From positions 4,640,001 to 4,704,000 of the forward strand of contig OZ242029.1 in assembly GCA_965205015.1 (NCBI GenBank): 64,000 nucleotides of DNA, given 5' to 3'. Below, piece after piece: positions 30,885 to 41,026 of the stretch. How positions within the stretch are numbered: position 1 is the first letter of the stretch; every line of letters starts with the position of its first letter. The stretch is from Candidatus Poribacteria bacterium. GTDB taxonomy: Bacteria > Poribacteria > WGA-4E > WGA-3G. Made by a program: the position numbers and the translations under genes. The notes beneath the pieces were generated by a model. It had not been told where the DNA came from. It searched no databases and worked only from the letters and a program-made list of their open reading frames with translations.

Positions 30885-30913
30885 ATTATACGATATTTTT
30901 TCTCGTTTGTCAA
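30885..30913 (-). promoter_or_regulatory. perfect consensus sigma70 promoter of the CBASS operon
   Basis: TTGACA-17nt-TATAAT on the minus strand. Confidence 0.75.
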
Positions 30914-30945
30914 GTCTTTTACCGTGTTAACAGAGCCATTTAATT

Positions 30946-32065
30946 GAGGGTGGTGCATAAATAAAGTTGTGGAGTATCAGGATAATGGGTATGCTTTAAT
31001 GAAACCACCCATATAAGGCATACCCGATGTATTATCCTGACAGAAAAGAGTATATCACATTTTTGTTTTCTTTACTTGATGAGTTTGCTGAGAAGAAACA
31101 AACGCTTCTCAGCAGAGGGAGACCCAAAACGTATTCAGATGCTGCCTTGATCGTCTTTTATGCCATGATGACACTGAAGCAGATAAACACGGCTCGCGGG
31201 CAGCACCGCTGGTTATACACGCATCCACTCATGCTTGAGACGCTACGATTGTGGGTGTGTCCATCGCGTTCGACGCTCTCACGCCGATATAAGCAACTGT
31301 TTCCACTTCTCAGTGAGTTTTGTGAGTTTATCGCCGATTGGGCAGTTTCACACGGATATGGTTTTTCACATACCCGCGTCTATGAAGATAAGAGTTTGTT
31401 CAAGGCACACGGGCGCGTCTGGCACAAGAAGGATCGTGTGAAAAATCATATTCCCAAAGGACTTTGCAATGTCGATAAGGCCGCAAACGGGTCGAAAAGT
31501 GCTTATCACGGATGGGTCTATGGATACGGACTTCATCTGACGACGACGCGACACGGATTTCCCGTGATGTGTGATGTCATGCCTGCCAACGTCAATGAAC
31601 GTAAAGTGCTTGATAAGAAGCAATCTCGTCTGGTGGCTAAAGGCGTGCGGTGTCTTATCGCCGATGCTGGCTATAGAGATAAAAACCGCACCACTGACTT
31701 TGCTAAAAGGCAAGTTCTGCTGGTAACACCTGATATCTGTCTCGAACAAGTAGCCTTGATGTTTGGAGGTATGGATGCTATGGCAATCGCAGTTTTCGAA
31801 GAGGCGAAAGCCTGTCGAAAAACCGCAATTGAACCCGCATTTGACTTACTCAGTAAACTCTTAGCAACCACCGGAGCGCATAAACCTTTGCCCGTCAGCG
31901 GCTTGGCATGTGTGGCTACATTCTTAGGGCTTGGCACCGTAATTTTACAACTCGCAATGTTGATCAATATCGCAATGTTGATCAATATTAGGTGTGGACT
32001 TCCCACACGAAATGTCACGCACATCAAAACCGTTTTTCAGTAAAAAGAATTTATGCACCACCCTC
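30946..32065 (+). mobile_element. insertion sequence (DDE, IS982/IS5-like), 1120 bp
   Basis: 17-bp perfect IR GAGGGTGGTGCATAAAT; 8-bp target duplication ATTTAATT (30938-30945 and 32066-32073). Confidence 0.92.
31027..32043 (+). CDS. DDE transposase
   Basis: PSRSTLSRR, GWVYGYGLHL, ADAGY, RKTAIEP. Confidence 0.88.
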   Translation: MYYPDRKEYITFLFSLLDEFAEKKQTLLSRGRPKTYSDAALIVFYAMMTLKQINTARGQHRWLYTHPLMLETLRLWVCPSRSTLSRRYKQLFPLLSEFCEFIADWAVSHGYGFSHTRVYEDKSLFKAHGRVWHKKDRVKNHIPKGLCNVDKAANGSKSAYHGWVYGYGLHLTTTRHGFPVMCDVMPANVNERKVLDKKQSRLVAKGVRCLIADAGYRDKNRTTDFAKRQVLLVTPDICLEQVALMFGGMDAMAIAVFEEAKACRKTAIEPAFDLLSKLLATTGAHKPLPVSGLACVATFLGLGTVILQLAMLINIAMLINIRCGLPTRNVTHIKTVFQ

Positions 32066-32163
32066 ATTTAATTTATATTATAAACATATCACCCTCCGGG
32101 GTGAGGAAAGTGAGTGAAAACCTAATTGAAGCGTCCAAAATCTCTTAGTAGCAACTTGGGTTA

Positions 32164-32270
32164 TTATAGTAAAGCCCGTAATTACGTTTACACCGGATTC
32201 AAGAGAGGGCTGAAATATCCAAAATTTCTGCTTAAAATCCGGTTCGGTTAGGAAACCGAACCTACCGGCC
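32164..32270. repeat. TTATAGT-type MITE end plus GTAG-REP hairpin
   Basis: TTATAGTAAAGCC...; GGTTCGGTT-AGGA-AACCGAACC-TAC. Confidence 0.5.
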
Positions 32271-32307
32271 TGGGGACCGCGGCGGTTTTTTTCCCTTAAA
32301 TTGACGC

Positions 32308-33588
32308 TTATGGTGCATCAAGCACGGCATCTAACTGATCCATTACCTTGTGGAATGCTTCGACGTAACAGGACATCAGCTCGATATCGTTGGGGGGGTT
32401 GACATCAAATATATAACAGTGCGAATCTATGAATTCAACGGCTCGCGGATAGTCCTCTGTCTTATATTCAACCGTCGATTGATTACATCGCCACGGACAG
32501 CCTGTCCCGTAACCGATCTGGTTCTGGAAAATCTCTTGAGACGGCACTGGCAAGCGTTGCCACTGTCCGGTTGGCACACCTTCAGCACGGAGTGCCGCTT
32601 GTACCTTCTCACGTAGGGTTTTGGCAGGAATATCTAATCCCAACGCCGCCGGATCGAAACCGATGACATAGTTGTAATACACGGGTTCACACGCTTCTGG
32701 CGTCACCGGGGTTTCAATGCCGTCAATTTCATCGAGACGCTCCGTAAGATAGTGACAATTTCGGATGCGCATGGCGTTGTTCAGGTCAAGCCGTTTGAGT
32801 TGGCTACGGATGAACGCTTGACTGAACATATCCCCGCGATACATCCATCCAAGTCCGTAGGCATTGTATTCCTGTTCCTCGCGTTCCCTACCGGGCACGA
32901 CGATCTCCCCGAAATACTGTAATAACGCTGCGCGTTCGTAGATTTGCGCATCGTTGGTTGTGAACAAACCGCCTTGACACCCGCTACTCAACGTTTTCGA
33001 GGCTTGCGTGCTGTACCCCGCGGCGTCGCCAAAGGCACCACAAAGCTTGCCATTATAATATGCCCCGTGTGCCTGCGCGACGTCCTCAATGACTTTCAGG
33101 TTATGCTGCTTCGCAATCGCTAAAATCGGATCCATATCGGCGGGCATGCCGTGGATATGCACTGGCAGAATCGCACGCGTTCGCTCGGTGATTTTCGCTT
33201 CGATTGCGTTGGGGTCGATACAGTAAGTGATGGGGTCAATATCAACAAAGACGGGAATAGCGTTGTGATGGAGAACAGCGGCTGCCGTTGCCCAGAAAGT
33301 GAAGGCGGGAACAATGACCTCGTCGCCTGGTTCGATGCCGACACCTGCGACACACAGATGCAACGCAGCCGTCCCACTGTTGACAGGGATGCAATACTCG
33401 ACACCCATGTATTCCGCCCATTCGTTTGCGAGGCCTTCGGATTGGATCCGTTGCTGCTCCGTAATTTTTTCGGAGGCGATAACCTCGGCAATTGCGTCTC
33501 TGTCGGATTGGGTAACCTCTGGCCAGGGTTGAATCAATCCATCAGGGACAGTCCCTTTACCACCATATATAGCGAGTTTTGCTGCCAT
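32308..33588 (-). CDS. DegT/DnrJ/EryC1/StrS family PLP aminotransferase
   Basis: NSGTAALH, GDEVIVPAFTF, IEDVAQAHGA, STQASK; AGGAGG RBS. Confidence 0.9.
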   Translation of the reverse strand: MAAKLAIYGGKGTVPDGLIQPWPEVTQSDRDAIAEVIASEKITEQQRIQSEGLANEWAEYMGVEYCIPVNSGTAALHLCVAGVGIEPGDEVIVPAFTFWATAAAVLHHNAIPVFVDIDPITYCIDPNAIEAKITERTRAILPVHIHGMPADMDPILAIAKQHNLKVIEDVAQAHGAYYNGKLCGAFGDAAGYSTQASKTLSSGCQGGLFTTNDAQIYERAALLQYFGEIVVPGREREEQEYNAYGLGWMYRGDMFSQAFIRSQLKRLDLNNAMRIRNCHYLTERLDEIDGIETPVTPEACEPVYYNYVIGFDPAALGLDIPAKTLREKVQAALRAEGVPTGQWQRLPVPSQEIFQNQIGYGTGCPWRCNQSTVEYKTEDYPRAVEFIDSHCYIFDVNPPNDIELMSCYVEAFHKVMDQLDAVLDAP

Positions 33589-33790
33589 GAGCGACCTCCT
33601 TCTAAGGTTTTGAAGACAGTATCTTCTTGTGGAAGGGAATTGTGCGCGTAATACTCGCTGGGCATCCAAAAGCTGTAACGCTTTACTCTTTTTTATTTCA
33701 CGAAACCGTGGTAGCAAATACCACCGCTTCCCAGAACAAGAAAGTAGAGATCGGATTCGCCTCTTTGTAACTGCCTATGTTATCCAATAG

Positions 33791-34096
33791 TTAGAGCTCT
33801 GTTAGTCCTGGAACATGTTTATCCTCATAGTTCTTAATAAGCGTGCCAACGAAATGCAGTAAGGGAGCCAAAGGGTGATTTTCCTCCCCTACTATATCAA
33901 GTAAATCGTCTAACCGCGCCGCAAGTTGTTGGTATTCGATTTCTGTCAATAAAACAGGAATATGAATTTCGCTTTGGCTTAGAACGTCAATTAAGTCGCA
34001 TAACGCCTTGACAGACGGTTGCAATTTGCTTTTGCCGTGATGATCGCGCATTTGGATGTCTCTGTGCAAATTCAATGAGGCGATCTTGCCGAACAA
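33791..34096 (-). CDS. small protein resembling the N-terminal half of HigA-type antitoxins (no HTH)
   Basis: EYQQL...LDDLLDIVGEENHPLAPLL..VGTLIKNYE; start uncertain. Confidence 0.5.
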   Translation of the reverse strand: MFGKIASLNLHRDIQMRDHHGKSKLQPSVKALCDLIDVLSQSEIHIPVLLTEIEYQQLAARLDDLLDIVGEENHPLAPLLHFVGTLIKNYEDKHVPGLTEL

Positions 34097-34145
34097 TTTC
34101 CATTGAAGATTCTTACAACTAACCCCTTTTACACCGCAGTGCTTC

Positions 34146-35642
34146 CTAAGTGAGGTGTTCTATCGCTTTTGGGATCCGCTTTAAAACCTCGTCCTTACCG
34201 AGCAGCACGACAATATCAAAGAGACTCGGACCGAACGATGCCCCCGTCAGTGCGATCCGCAACGCTTGCATCGCTGCGACGCGTTTGATGTCCTTCTCAT
34301 CTGTGTATTTCCAAATTGCCGCTTCAATTGTTTCTATATCAAACGTAGGGATCTCTTCCAAAATCTGTGAAATATTCGTCAGAATCGCTCTCGTCTTTTC
34401 TCTCTTTTCCTCTGAATTTCCCCACCATTTCTTGACGGCTTTCGATTCATACTCGAATGCATCCGTAAAGAAATAGGAGGTCTGCGGGACGATATCCTGA
34501 AGCGTCGTTAGGCGTTCACCCACGGCTTCTACAATGCCTTCCAGCCAGTCGCGATCTCCAATTGAATTATTCAATAAACCTTCTTCTTGCCAGAACGGGA
34601 TGACCGCATCCGTCCGTGCCGCAACATCCAATTGATTAATATAGTGGGAATTGAGCCACTCGAGTTTCTTAATATCAAACACACTGCCACTCTTTCCAAC
34701 CCGTGCGAGATCGAATTTCTCAATGAGTTCATCGACAGAAAAAATTTCCTGTTTATCGTCGTAGGACCAGCCGAGTCGGACAACGAAGTTTAGCATTGCT
34801 TCAGGCAGATACCCCTGCTCACGGTAGCGGTTCACAGCGACGAGATCGCCGTGGTGACGTTTGCTCATCTTCCGACCCTCACTATCCAACACCAACGGAA
34901 TATGCGCAAACTGTGGAACGTTCAAACCGAGGGCATTCGCAATTACAATCTGCTTCGGGGTATTGTTGAGATGCTCTGTTCCCCGAATGACGTGCGTTAT
35001 CTGCATTTCTGCATCGTCGATGATGGAGGTGAGATTGTAGTTCGGCATCCCGTTTGAACGCACAATTACCTCGTCCTCTAAAGTCGCGGGATCAATGTTC
35101 CGGGAGCCGAGGATGAGGTCGTCAACGCGGATCGGGGTGTCAGGTATCTTAATCCGCACGGTCGGCTTTCTACCTTCTGCCACGAAACGCTGGACGGCTT
35201 CTGGGGTTAACTCTCGGTATCTGCCATCGTAGGAACGCGTCTGGTTGTTGGCGCGCGCCTGCTTGCGAATCTCCTCTAATTCTTCTGGTGTGCAATAACA
35301 GTGGTATGCGTTGCCACTCTCAAGCAACTGCGCGACATAACCGTCGTAGATAGATTTCCGTTCGGATTGCACATAAGACCCACAGGGTCCACCCTTATCG
35401 CCACCCTCGTCCCATTCGAGTCCCAACCACTTCATGGCGGTATAGATCTCGTGCATGGACGCATCCGTGGAACGCGCCGTGTCTGTATCGTCGATTCGGA
35501 GGATGAATTTGCCGTTGTGATGCTTGGCGAACAGCCAATTGAATAGCGCCGTTCGTGCACCGCCGATGTGTAAATAGCCGGTGGGTGAGGGTGCCATTCG
35601 GACGCGGACGGTTTCTGGGGCTACGGCTGCTACTTTTTTCAT
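34146..35642 (-). CDS. gltX: glutamate--tRNA ligase
   Basis: [24 protein letters not shown]; ATGA overlap with glnS. Confidence 0.97.
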   Translation of the reverse strand: MKKVAAVAPETVRVRMAPSPTGYLHIGGARTALFNWLFAKHHNGKFILRIDDTDTARSTDASMHEIYTAMKWLGLEWDEGGDKGGPCGSYVQSERKSIYDGYVAQLLESGNAYHCYCTPEELEEIRKQARANNQTRSYDGRYRELTPEAVQRFVAEGRKPTVRIKIPDTPIRVDDLILGSRNIDPATLEDEVIVRSNGMPNYNLTSIIDDAEMQITHVIRGTEHLNNTPKQIVIANALGLNVPQFAHIPLVLDSEGRKMSKRHHGDLVAVNRYREQGYLPEAMLNFVVRLGWSYDDKQEIFSVDELIEKFDLARVGKSGSVFDIKKLEWLNSHYINQLDVAARTDAVIPFWQEEGLLNNSIGDRDWLEGIVEAVGERLTTLQDIVPQTSYFFTDAFEYESKAVKKWWGNSEEKREKTRAILTNISQILEEIPTFDIETIEAAIWKYTDEKDIKRVAAMQALRIALTGASFGPSLFDIVVLLGKDEVLKRIPKAIEHLT

Positions 35643-37351
35643 TTCTGTCCCCTTTGTATTTTTGCCCAACTATCCCTTAGGGGCACTGTGCGATTGAATA
35701 CTAATTTCTCTGGTGTTGTCTCTGAATCGAGGCAAAAATAGCCCATCCGGAGGAACTGATACCGGTCTTCCGGTGTCGCCGCAACAAGACTCGGTTCAAC
35801 CTTGCAGTTATTTAGAATTTCTAAGGAATTCGGGTTTAGGAACTGCATCCAGTCTGCGTCATCCGCTGCGCCCTCCGGTTCCCGTTCCGTAAACAGCGAA
35901 TCGTAGAGGCGAACCTCAGCATCAACGGCGTGTTCAGCAGAGACCCAATGCAATGTGCCTCTGACCCGGCGTCCGTCTTCCGACCAACCCCCACGTGTTT
36001 CGGGATCATAGGTGCAGTGAATCTCAACGATTTCACCGTTTTCGTCTTTAACGACCCGTTCACACTGGATATAATAGGCATGTTTAAGCCGCACCTCTCG
36101 TCCGGGAGCCAACCTGAAGAATTTGCGGGGGGGATCCTCCATAAAATCTTCACGTTCGATATAGATTTCCCGCGAAAATGGGATCTGCCGGGTTCCGGCG
36201 TTCTCGTCTTCAGGATTATTTTCCGCGTCGAACATCTCGACCTGTCCCTCTGGGTAATTGTCAATAATAACCTTAACCGGATTGAGAACTGCCATGACCC
36301 GTGGGGCGCGACGGTTCAGATCGTCGCGGATAGAGTATTCGAGTTGTCCCATCTCAATGAGATTATCCGCCTTCGAAACCCCGATGCGGTTGCAAAAATC
36401 TCGGATCGCTTCAGGCGTATACCCGCGGCGGCGCATCCCAGAGAGCGTCGGGAGTCTCGGGTCGTCCCATCCGCTGACGTGTCCCTCCTCAATGAGGACT
36501 TTGAGTTTCCGTTTGCCCAAGACGGTATAAGTGAGATTCAACCGTGCGAATTCAATCTGTCGAGGCTGATAAATCTCCAACGCCTCCAGAAACCAGTCGT
36601 AGAGCGGACGGTGGTCTTCAAACTGGACATCACAGAGTGAGTGCGTCACGCCTTCTATGGAGTCGGATTGTCCGTGTGTGAAATCGTAGGTGGGATAGAT
36701 GCACCAGTCATCGCCCTGACGATGGTGATGGGCGCGAAGGATCCGATACATCACGGGATCGCGCATATTCAGATTCGGGCTTGACATATCAATTTTTGCG
36801 CGGAGCGTTCGGGCACCGTCCGGGAATTCGCCATCCCGCATCCCGCGGAACAGCGTCAGGTTCTCCTCAACGGATCGGTTGCGATAGGGACTGTCCTTCC
36901 CGGGTTGGATCAACGTGCCGCGATAGGTGCGTGTCTCGTCGGGTGTCAAATCGCAGACATACGCCTTGCCTTTCTCTATCAGTTTAACAGCGTATCCGTA
37001 GAGCGTCTCAAAATAGTCGGAAGCGTGATATTCCCGTTCTTTCCAATCGAATCCGAGCCAACGGACATCTCGCTTGATTCCGTCTACGTATTCGCTCTCT
37101 TCTGTGATGGGATTGCTGTCGTCAAAGCGTAAGTTGTAAAGTCCGCCGAAATCTTCGGCAATGCCGAAACTGATACAGATGGCTTTGGCATGCCCGATAT
37201 GGAGGTAGCCACTCGGCTCTGGTGGGAATCGGGTATGCACTCTACCGTCATACCTGTTTGTCTTGAGATCTTCTTCAATCGCTTGGCGAATAAAGTTCGT
37301 ATCGGGGGAATTGTTCGCGTTTTCTTTTAAATGGGGATCTGAATGCTTCAT
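35639..37351 (-). CDS. glnS: glutamine--tRNA ligase
   Basis: [45 protein letters not shown]. Confidence 0.97.
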   Translation of the reverse strand: MKHSDPHLKENANNSPDTNFIRQAIEEDLKTNRYDGRVHTRFPPEPSGYLHIGHAKAICISFGIAEDFGGLYNLRFDDSNPITEESEYVDGIKRDVRWLGFDWKEREYHASDYFETLYGYAVKLIEKGKAYVCDLTPDETRTYRGTLIQPGKDSPYRNRSVEENLTLFRGMRDGEFPDGARTLRAKIDMSSPNLNMRDPVMYRILRAHHHRQGDDWCIYPTYDFTHGQSDSIEGVTHSLCDVQFEDHRPLYDWFLEALEIYQPRQIEFARLNLTYTVLGKRKLKVLIEEGHVSGWDDPRLPTLSGMRRRGYTPEAIRDFCNRIGVSKADNLIEMGQLEYSIRDDLNRRAPRVMAVLNPVKVIIDNYPEGQVEMFDAENNPEDENAGTRQIPFSREIYIEREDFMEDPPRKFFRLAPGREVRLKHAYYIQCERVVKDENGEIVEIHCTYDPETRGGWSEDGRRVRGTLHWVSAEHAVDAEVRLYDSLFTEREPEGAADDADWMQFLNPNSLEILNNCKVEPSLVAATPEDRYQFLRMGYFCLDSETTPEKLVFNRTVPLRDSWAKIQRGQK

Positions 37352-37441
37352 ATCTTATACTCATGTCATATATACTGTTGGGCGTGTTACAGCGACTCCC
37401 GCTCTCAAAAAGCAGCAGTCTATAGAGGATGGAACGTCTTC

Positions 37442-37504
37442 TCAAATAATTATACTCTCAAAATACAATCAAATAATTATACTCTCAAAATACAATAAAG
37501 TCAA
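37442..37504 (-). promoter_or_regulatory. glnS promoter containing a 27-bp tandem duplication
   Basis: TTGACT-17nt-TATAAT (37504-37476); TCAAATAATTATACTCTCAAAATACAA x2. Confidence 0.6.
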
Positions 37505-37855
37505 AATTTTCAGATGTTTCACCCAGCCCATTTATTTTTGCTGCTTGAAAAACACACTACGATCGCGTAAAAAACGGGCAGATGCACGCACGATTCAAAG
37601 CCTTCTATTCACATAATGCACATAACCAGCGAATATGTGAATATGGCATCGTTCTTGCAACACAAGTTAAAAAAAAAAGAACCTTACAGTAAGGTTCTAA
37701 GGCTGCATCGTTCACCGGAATAGGCAACAAAATTATTCCTTTTTAAATAAAGTGTAACCTTTTCGGCAGAACATCCGTTTAACGATGCGTTAGAATATTA
37801 TTCAATTTTTTTTTAGAGAAATTCATACTAACTACTTTTAGAAAGGGGTAAAGCT

Positions 37856-38065
37856 ATGAAATCCACTGATGTACACAAGAATCATCCATCCTTATACGAA
37901 ACTGCGCTGTGTCTCGCGATAGCGAAAGCGCGTCAAGATGAATTACGCTGGGAACGTTTCATTGATAATTTGTCCCAGATTTGTGACACATTCGCCTGCC
38001 AGATTGCTGCGAAAGGCACTGCCCCTTCTAAGCAATCCAACCCATCACGGCACTCATCAGTTTAG
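37856..38065 (+). CDS. small hypothetical protein
   Basis: AAGGGG RBS and ATG; stop codon supplied by the adjacent MITE. Confidence 0.4.
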   Translation: MKSTDVHKNHPSLYETALCLAIAKARQDELRWERFIDNLSQICDTFACQIAAKGTAPSKQSNPSRHSSV

Positions 38066-38155
38066 AACTTACGCAATTTCTATGGAAGACCTACGGCCCA
38101 CACGTCGCTGGCGAGGTTTCAAACCTCGCCAGCAAAGGATGCTGCGTGAGTCCTG
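38063..38155. repeat. 93-bp MITE-like element, copy 1
   Basis: ends AGAACTTACGCA and TGCGTGAGTCCT; hairpin GCTGGCGAGGTTT-C-AAACCTCGCCAGC; near-identical inverted copy at 45107-45199. Confidence 0.85.
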
Positions 38156-38187
38156 CAGTTTCCGTATAGCAATCGGAACCTTTTTAA

Positions 38188-39432
38188 TTAAACCGACTCT
38201 TGGAGTTTCGGATGGTTCCGAAAGATCTTCACAAGAGAGCGGACTAACTTTTCGGGATCGTGGCGAATCACGTTCATCTGAACGCCGCCTAACCATGTGC
38301 CAAATTCAGTGACAACCATATCTCGAATGAGGTCCGCCTCAACCACCCGGATCCCCTCCGCCTCAAGGTTTTCCTGCTCACGATCATAAGAGACCTGCAC
38401 TTTTGAGGCGTCTGCGACTTGCATTGTTTCAACAGACAAAGACGAAATATCCTTCGCCAAGTTCAGCACGTCCATGAGATGCTGCGTATCTTCATAGAGC
38501 ATCGAAAGTCCTTCCTCGGAAAGTGAGCGAATCCGAGTCAACTGCGAAACCAATTCCTTCCGAACGTACTCCTGCATGATCTCCGTCGGAGCGGGCTGGT
38601 TATTCACCACGACGTAATTGAGCGGAATTTTGGCATGGTCTAAAATAGCGTTAACGTGATCCGTAACGGCATACCCATCGGTTTCACCCGGTTGTGTCAT
38701 AACGTTACAGACGTAGATTTTAATCGCGTCTGAACGTTGGATCGTTTCGACGACACCTTTGATAACCAAATTTGGCATAATACTGGTGTAAAGGCTTCCC
38801 GGACCGATGATAATTATATCGGCGTTAATCAGGGCATCCACAGCCCCTTCATGCGCTTGACATTCATAGATTTCATCGGGGGCATGATGCGTTTTTCCAT
38901 TCTCGCGAGGTTCAAAAAAGACGCGCTTGATCGGTTCACGATTTTCACGCACGGGTATCGTAGATTCGCCTCGAACAATCTCGCCATCCGTGAGTTCTGC
39001 ACACAAAACGGTATAATCCAATGTAACAGGAATAATCTGACCACGTACTGAGAGTAATCTTGATGCCGCCTGAATCGCTTTCGGGAAGTTGCCCTCAAAT
39101 TTTTCCGTCAGTGCGGTTAATAAGAGATTGCCGACTGTATGCCCACCGAGTTCACCATTGCTTGAAAAACGATACTCAAAAAGCCCTGCGAGTTCATCAG
39201 CATCGGATAACGTGAACAGGAGCCTACGGATATCACCCGGTGGGAGCATGTCAAATTCTTCAACGAGGCGCCCTGAACTTCCACCATCATCAGAAACGGT
39301 AACAATTGCCGCCAGACTATCCAAATCAATAAGGTGATTTTGACCTTTCTCCAAATCAGCGTAGTGCTTAATGCCGCTAAGCAAAGCGGATAAACCACTT
39401 CCGCCTCCGATGCAGGCAAGTTTCAAAGCCAT
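38188..39432 (-). CDS. yvcK: YvcK/GlmR (gluconeogenesis factor, UPF0052) family protein
   Basis: IGGGSGL, VSDDGGSSG, PPGDIR, GPGSLYTS, TQPGET, RHDP. Confidence 0.9.
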   Translation of the reverse strand: MALKLACIGGGSGLSALLSGIKHYADLEKGQNHLIDLDSLAAIVTVSDDGGSSGRLVEEFDMLPPGDIRRLLFTLSDADELAGLFEYRFSSNGELGGHTVGNLLLTALTEKFEGNFPKAIQAASRLLSVRGQIIPVTLDYTVLCAELTDGEIVRGESTIPVRENREPIKRVFFEPRENGKTHHAPDEIYECQAHEGAVDALINADIIIIGPGSLYTSIMPNLVIKGVVETIQRSDAIKIYVCNVMTQPGETDGYAVTDHVNAILDHAKIPLNYVVVNNQPAPTEIMQEYVRKELVSQLTRIRSLSEEGLSMLYEDTQHLMDVLNLAKDISSLSVETMQVADASKVQVSYDREQENLEAEGIRVVEADLIRDMVVTEFGTWLGGVQMNVIRHDPEKLVRSLVKIFRNHPKLQESV

Positions 39433-39606
39433 AATTTCTCCAAATTTTTTAAACTATTGCCTCTGGTCATCGTTCCACTTCGTTTCACGATGGCTTCTGG
39501 TTAATTTTAGACGATCCGTTAACGACAGTTGACAGCAACTGAAAACCGCCGCGAAATAAATATTCTCCCGACAAAACTTTATGATAAACCCTAGTAAATA
39601 ACGCAG

Positions 39607-41007
39607 TTAATACGAATTTTGTTTCATTAACATCCTTAGGGTTTCAATCGTTTCGTCACACAAATCTTCCGCTGCAGTCAGCGTCGGTGCCTCACTAAAA
39701 ACCCGAATTACAGGCTCCGTACCGGATGGACGGATGTTCACCCACCGGTCCTTCCAGACCCGTTTAACACCGTCTGTGAGTTCGAGCTGCGGTTCCCCTC
39801 CGGCATCCGTTGCTTCTTTATAAAACGCCAAAGTTAGATTCACAAGACGCGTCGCAAGTTCCTGTGACGGAATCTCCAATTTCTTTCGGCACATCTGATA
39901 GCGGGGCATGTTCTCCACAAGCTGCGTTACCGTCGCGCCAGATTCAGCGAGATATTGCGCAATCGCCGCAAGAGAAGCGATGCCATCCGTCGTGTAGTGG
40001 ATATCGGGATAGATAACGCCACCGGTGCCTTCACCGCCGATAGCTGCATTCACGGCGTGCATCTTCTCAACAACCCAACCGACACCGACTTTCGTTCGGT
40101 GGAGCGTGACACCATGATTTGCCGCAATATCATCCAACATCCGACTCGTTGATACCGTAGCAACCACATCGCCCTTCGTCTTACGAAGCATAAAATCAGC
40201 GATAAAGGCGAGCGTCCATTCACCACTCAAGGGAACGCCTTGCTCTGTAACAACGACAAGCCGATCAGCATCCCCATCGTGGGCAAAGCCAATATCAGCA
40301 CCAGACGCAAGAACTGTCTCACAAAGCGCGTCCAATGCCTCAGGTGTAGGTTCGGCAGGACGCCGGAAATGTCCATCGGCGACACAATTCAGTTCAACAA
40401 CCCGACACCCAAGTTTCCGCAAGAGGGACGGACTTATCACGCTGCCGGCACCGTTGCCACAATCAATGACGACCTTCAACGCAGCTTCCCGGATTAAATC
40501 GGGTGCCAGCCAAGGGGCACACAGTATCTGATCGAGGTGATAGCTAACAGCATCTCCATAGGTTTCAAGTGTTCCTTGCTCGTTCCAAGGGGCAAGTGCG
40601 AAATCCTCTGTTTCGTTAATCCGCATCAATTCGTCCCGTTCCGCCTGTGTCAAGAGGCGTCCCGCAGCAGCGGCAAATTCGATACCGTTCCATGCAACAG
40701 GATTATGGCTGGCTGTAACGGTGATACTCCCTTGTGCACCCAGCGCTTTCGCCATTAGGAGTATCGTCGGTGTCGGACAAAGCCCTACATCAATGACGTG
40801 ACATCCTGTGGCGAACAGCCCAGCAAGGACGGCATGTCGCACTGTTGGGCTGGAAGTTCGGGAATCTCTGCCAATAACCACCGTTCTACCACCGACAAAA
40901 GTTCCGAACGCCATGGCAAATTGCGTAATGACGCGAACATCGAGCGAAACGCCGACCTCACCACGAACCCCTGAAACACTCACAATTGGTTTTTCTGCTC
41001 TGTCCAT
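39607..41007 (-). CDS. glmM: phosphoglucosamine mutase / phosphohexomutase
   Basis: SVSGVRG, TASHNP, DGDADR, GGEGTGG, RPSGTEP. Confidence 0.8.
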   Translation of the reverse strand: MDRAEKPIVSVSGVRGEVGVSLDVRVITQFAMAFGTFVGGRTVVIGRDSRTSSPTVRHAVLAGLFATGCHVIDVGLCPTPTILLMAKALGAQGSITVTASHNPVAWNGIEFAAAAGRLLTQAERDELMRINETEDFALAPWNEQGTLETYGDAVSYHLDQILCAPWLAPDLIREAALKVVIDCGNGAGSVISPSLLRKLGCRVVELNCVADGHFRRPAEPTPEALDALCETVLASGADIGFAHDGDADRLVVVTEQGVPLSGEWTLAFIADFMLRKTKGDVVATVSTSRMLDDIAANHGVTLHRTKVGVGWVVEKMHAVNAAIGGEGTGGVIYPDIHYTTDGIASLAAIAQYLAESGATVTQLVENMPRYQMCRKKLEIPSQELATRLVNLTLAFYKEATDAGGEPQLELTDGVKRVWKDRWVNIRPSGTEPVIRVFSEAPTLTAAEDLCDETIETLRMLMKQNSY

Positions 41008-41026
41008 GCCGTCCTCTCTGTAGTCG

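Noticed and set aside
18241-32065. Prophage or integrative element
   Set aside because: No integrase, phage structural or conjugation genes, and no clear att direct repeats.
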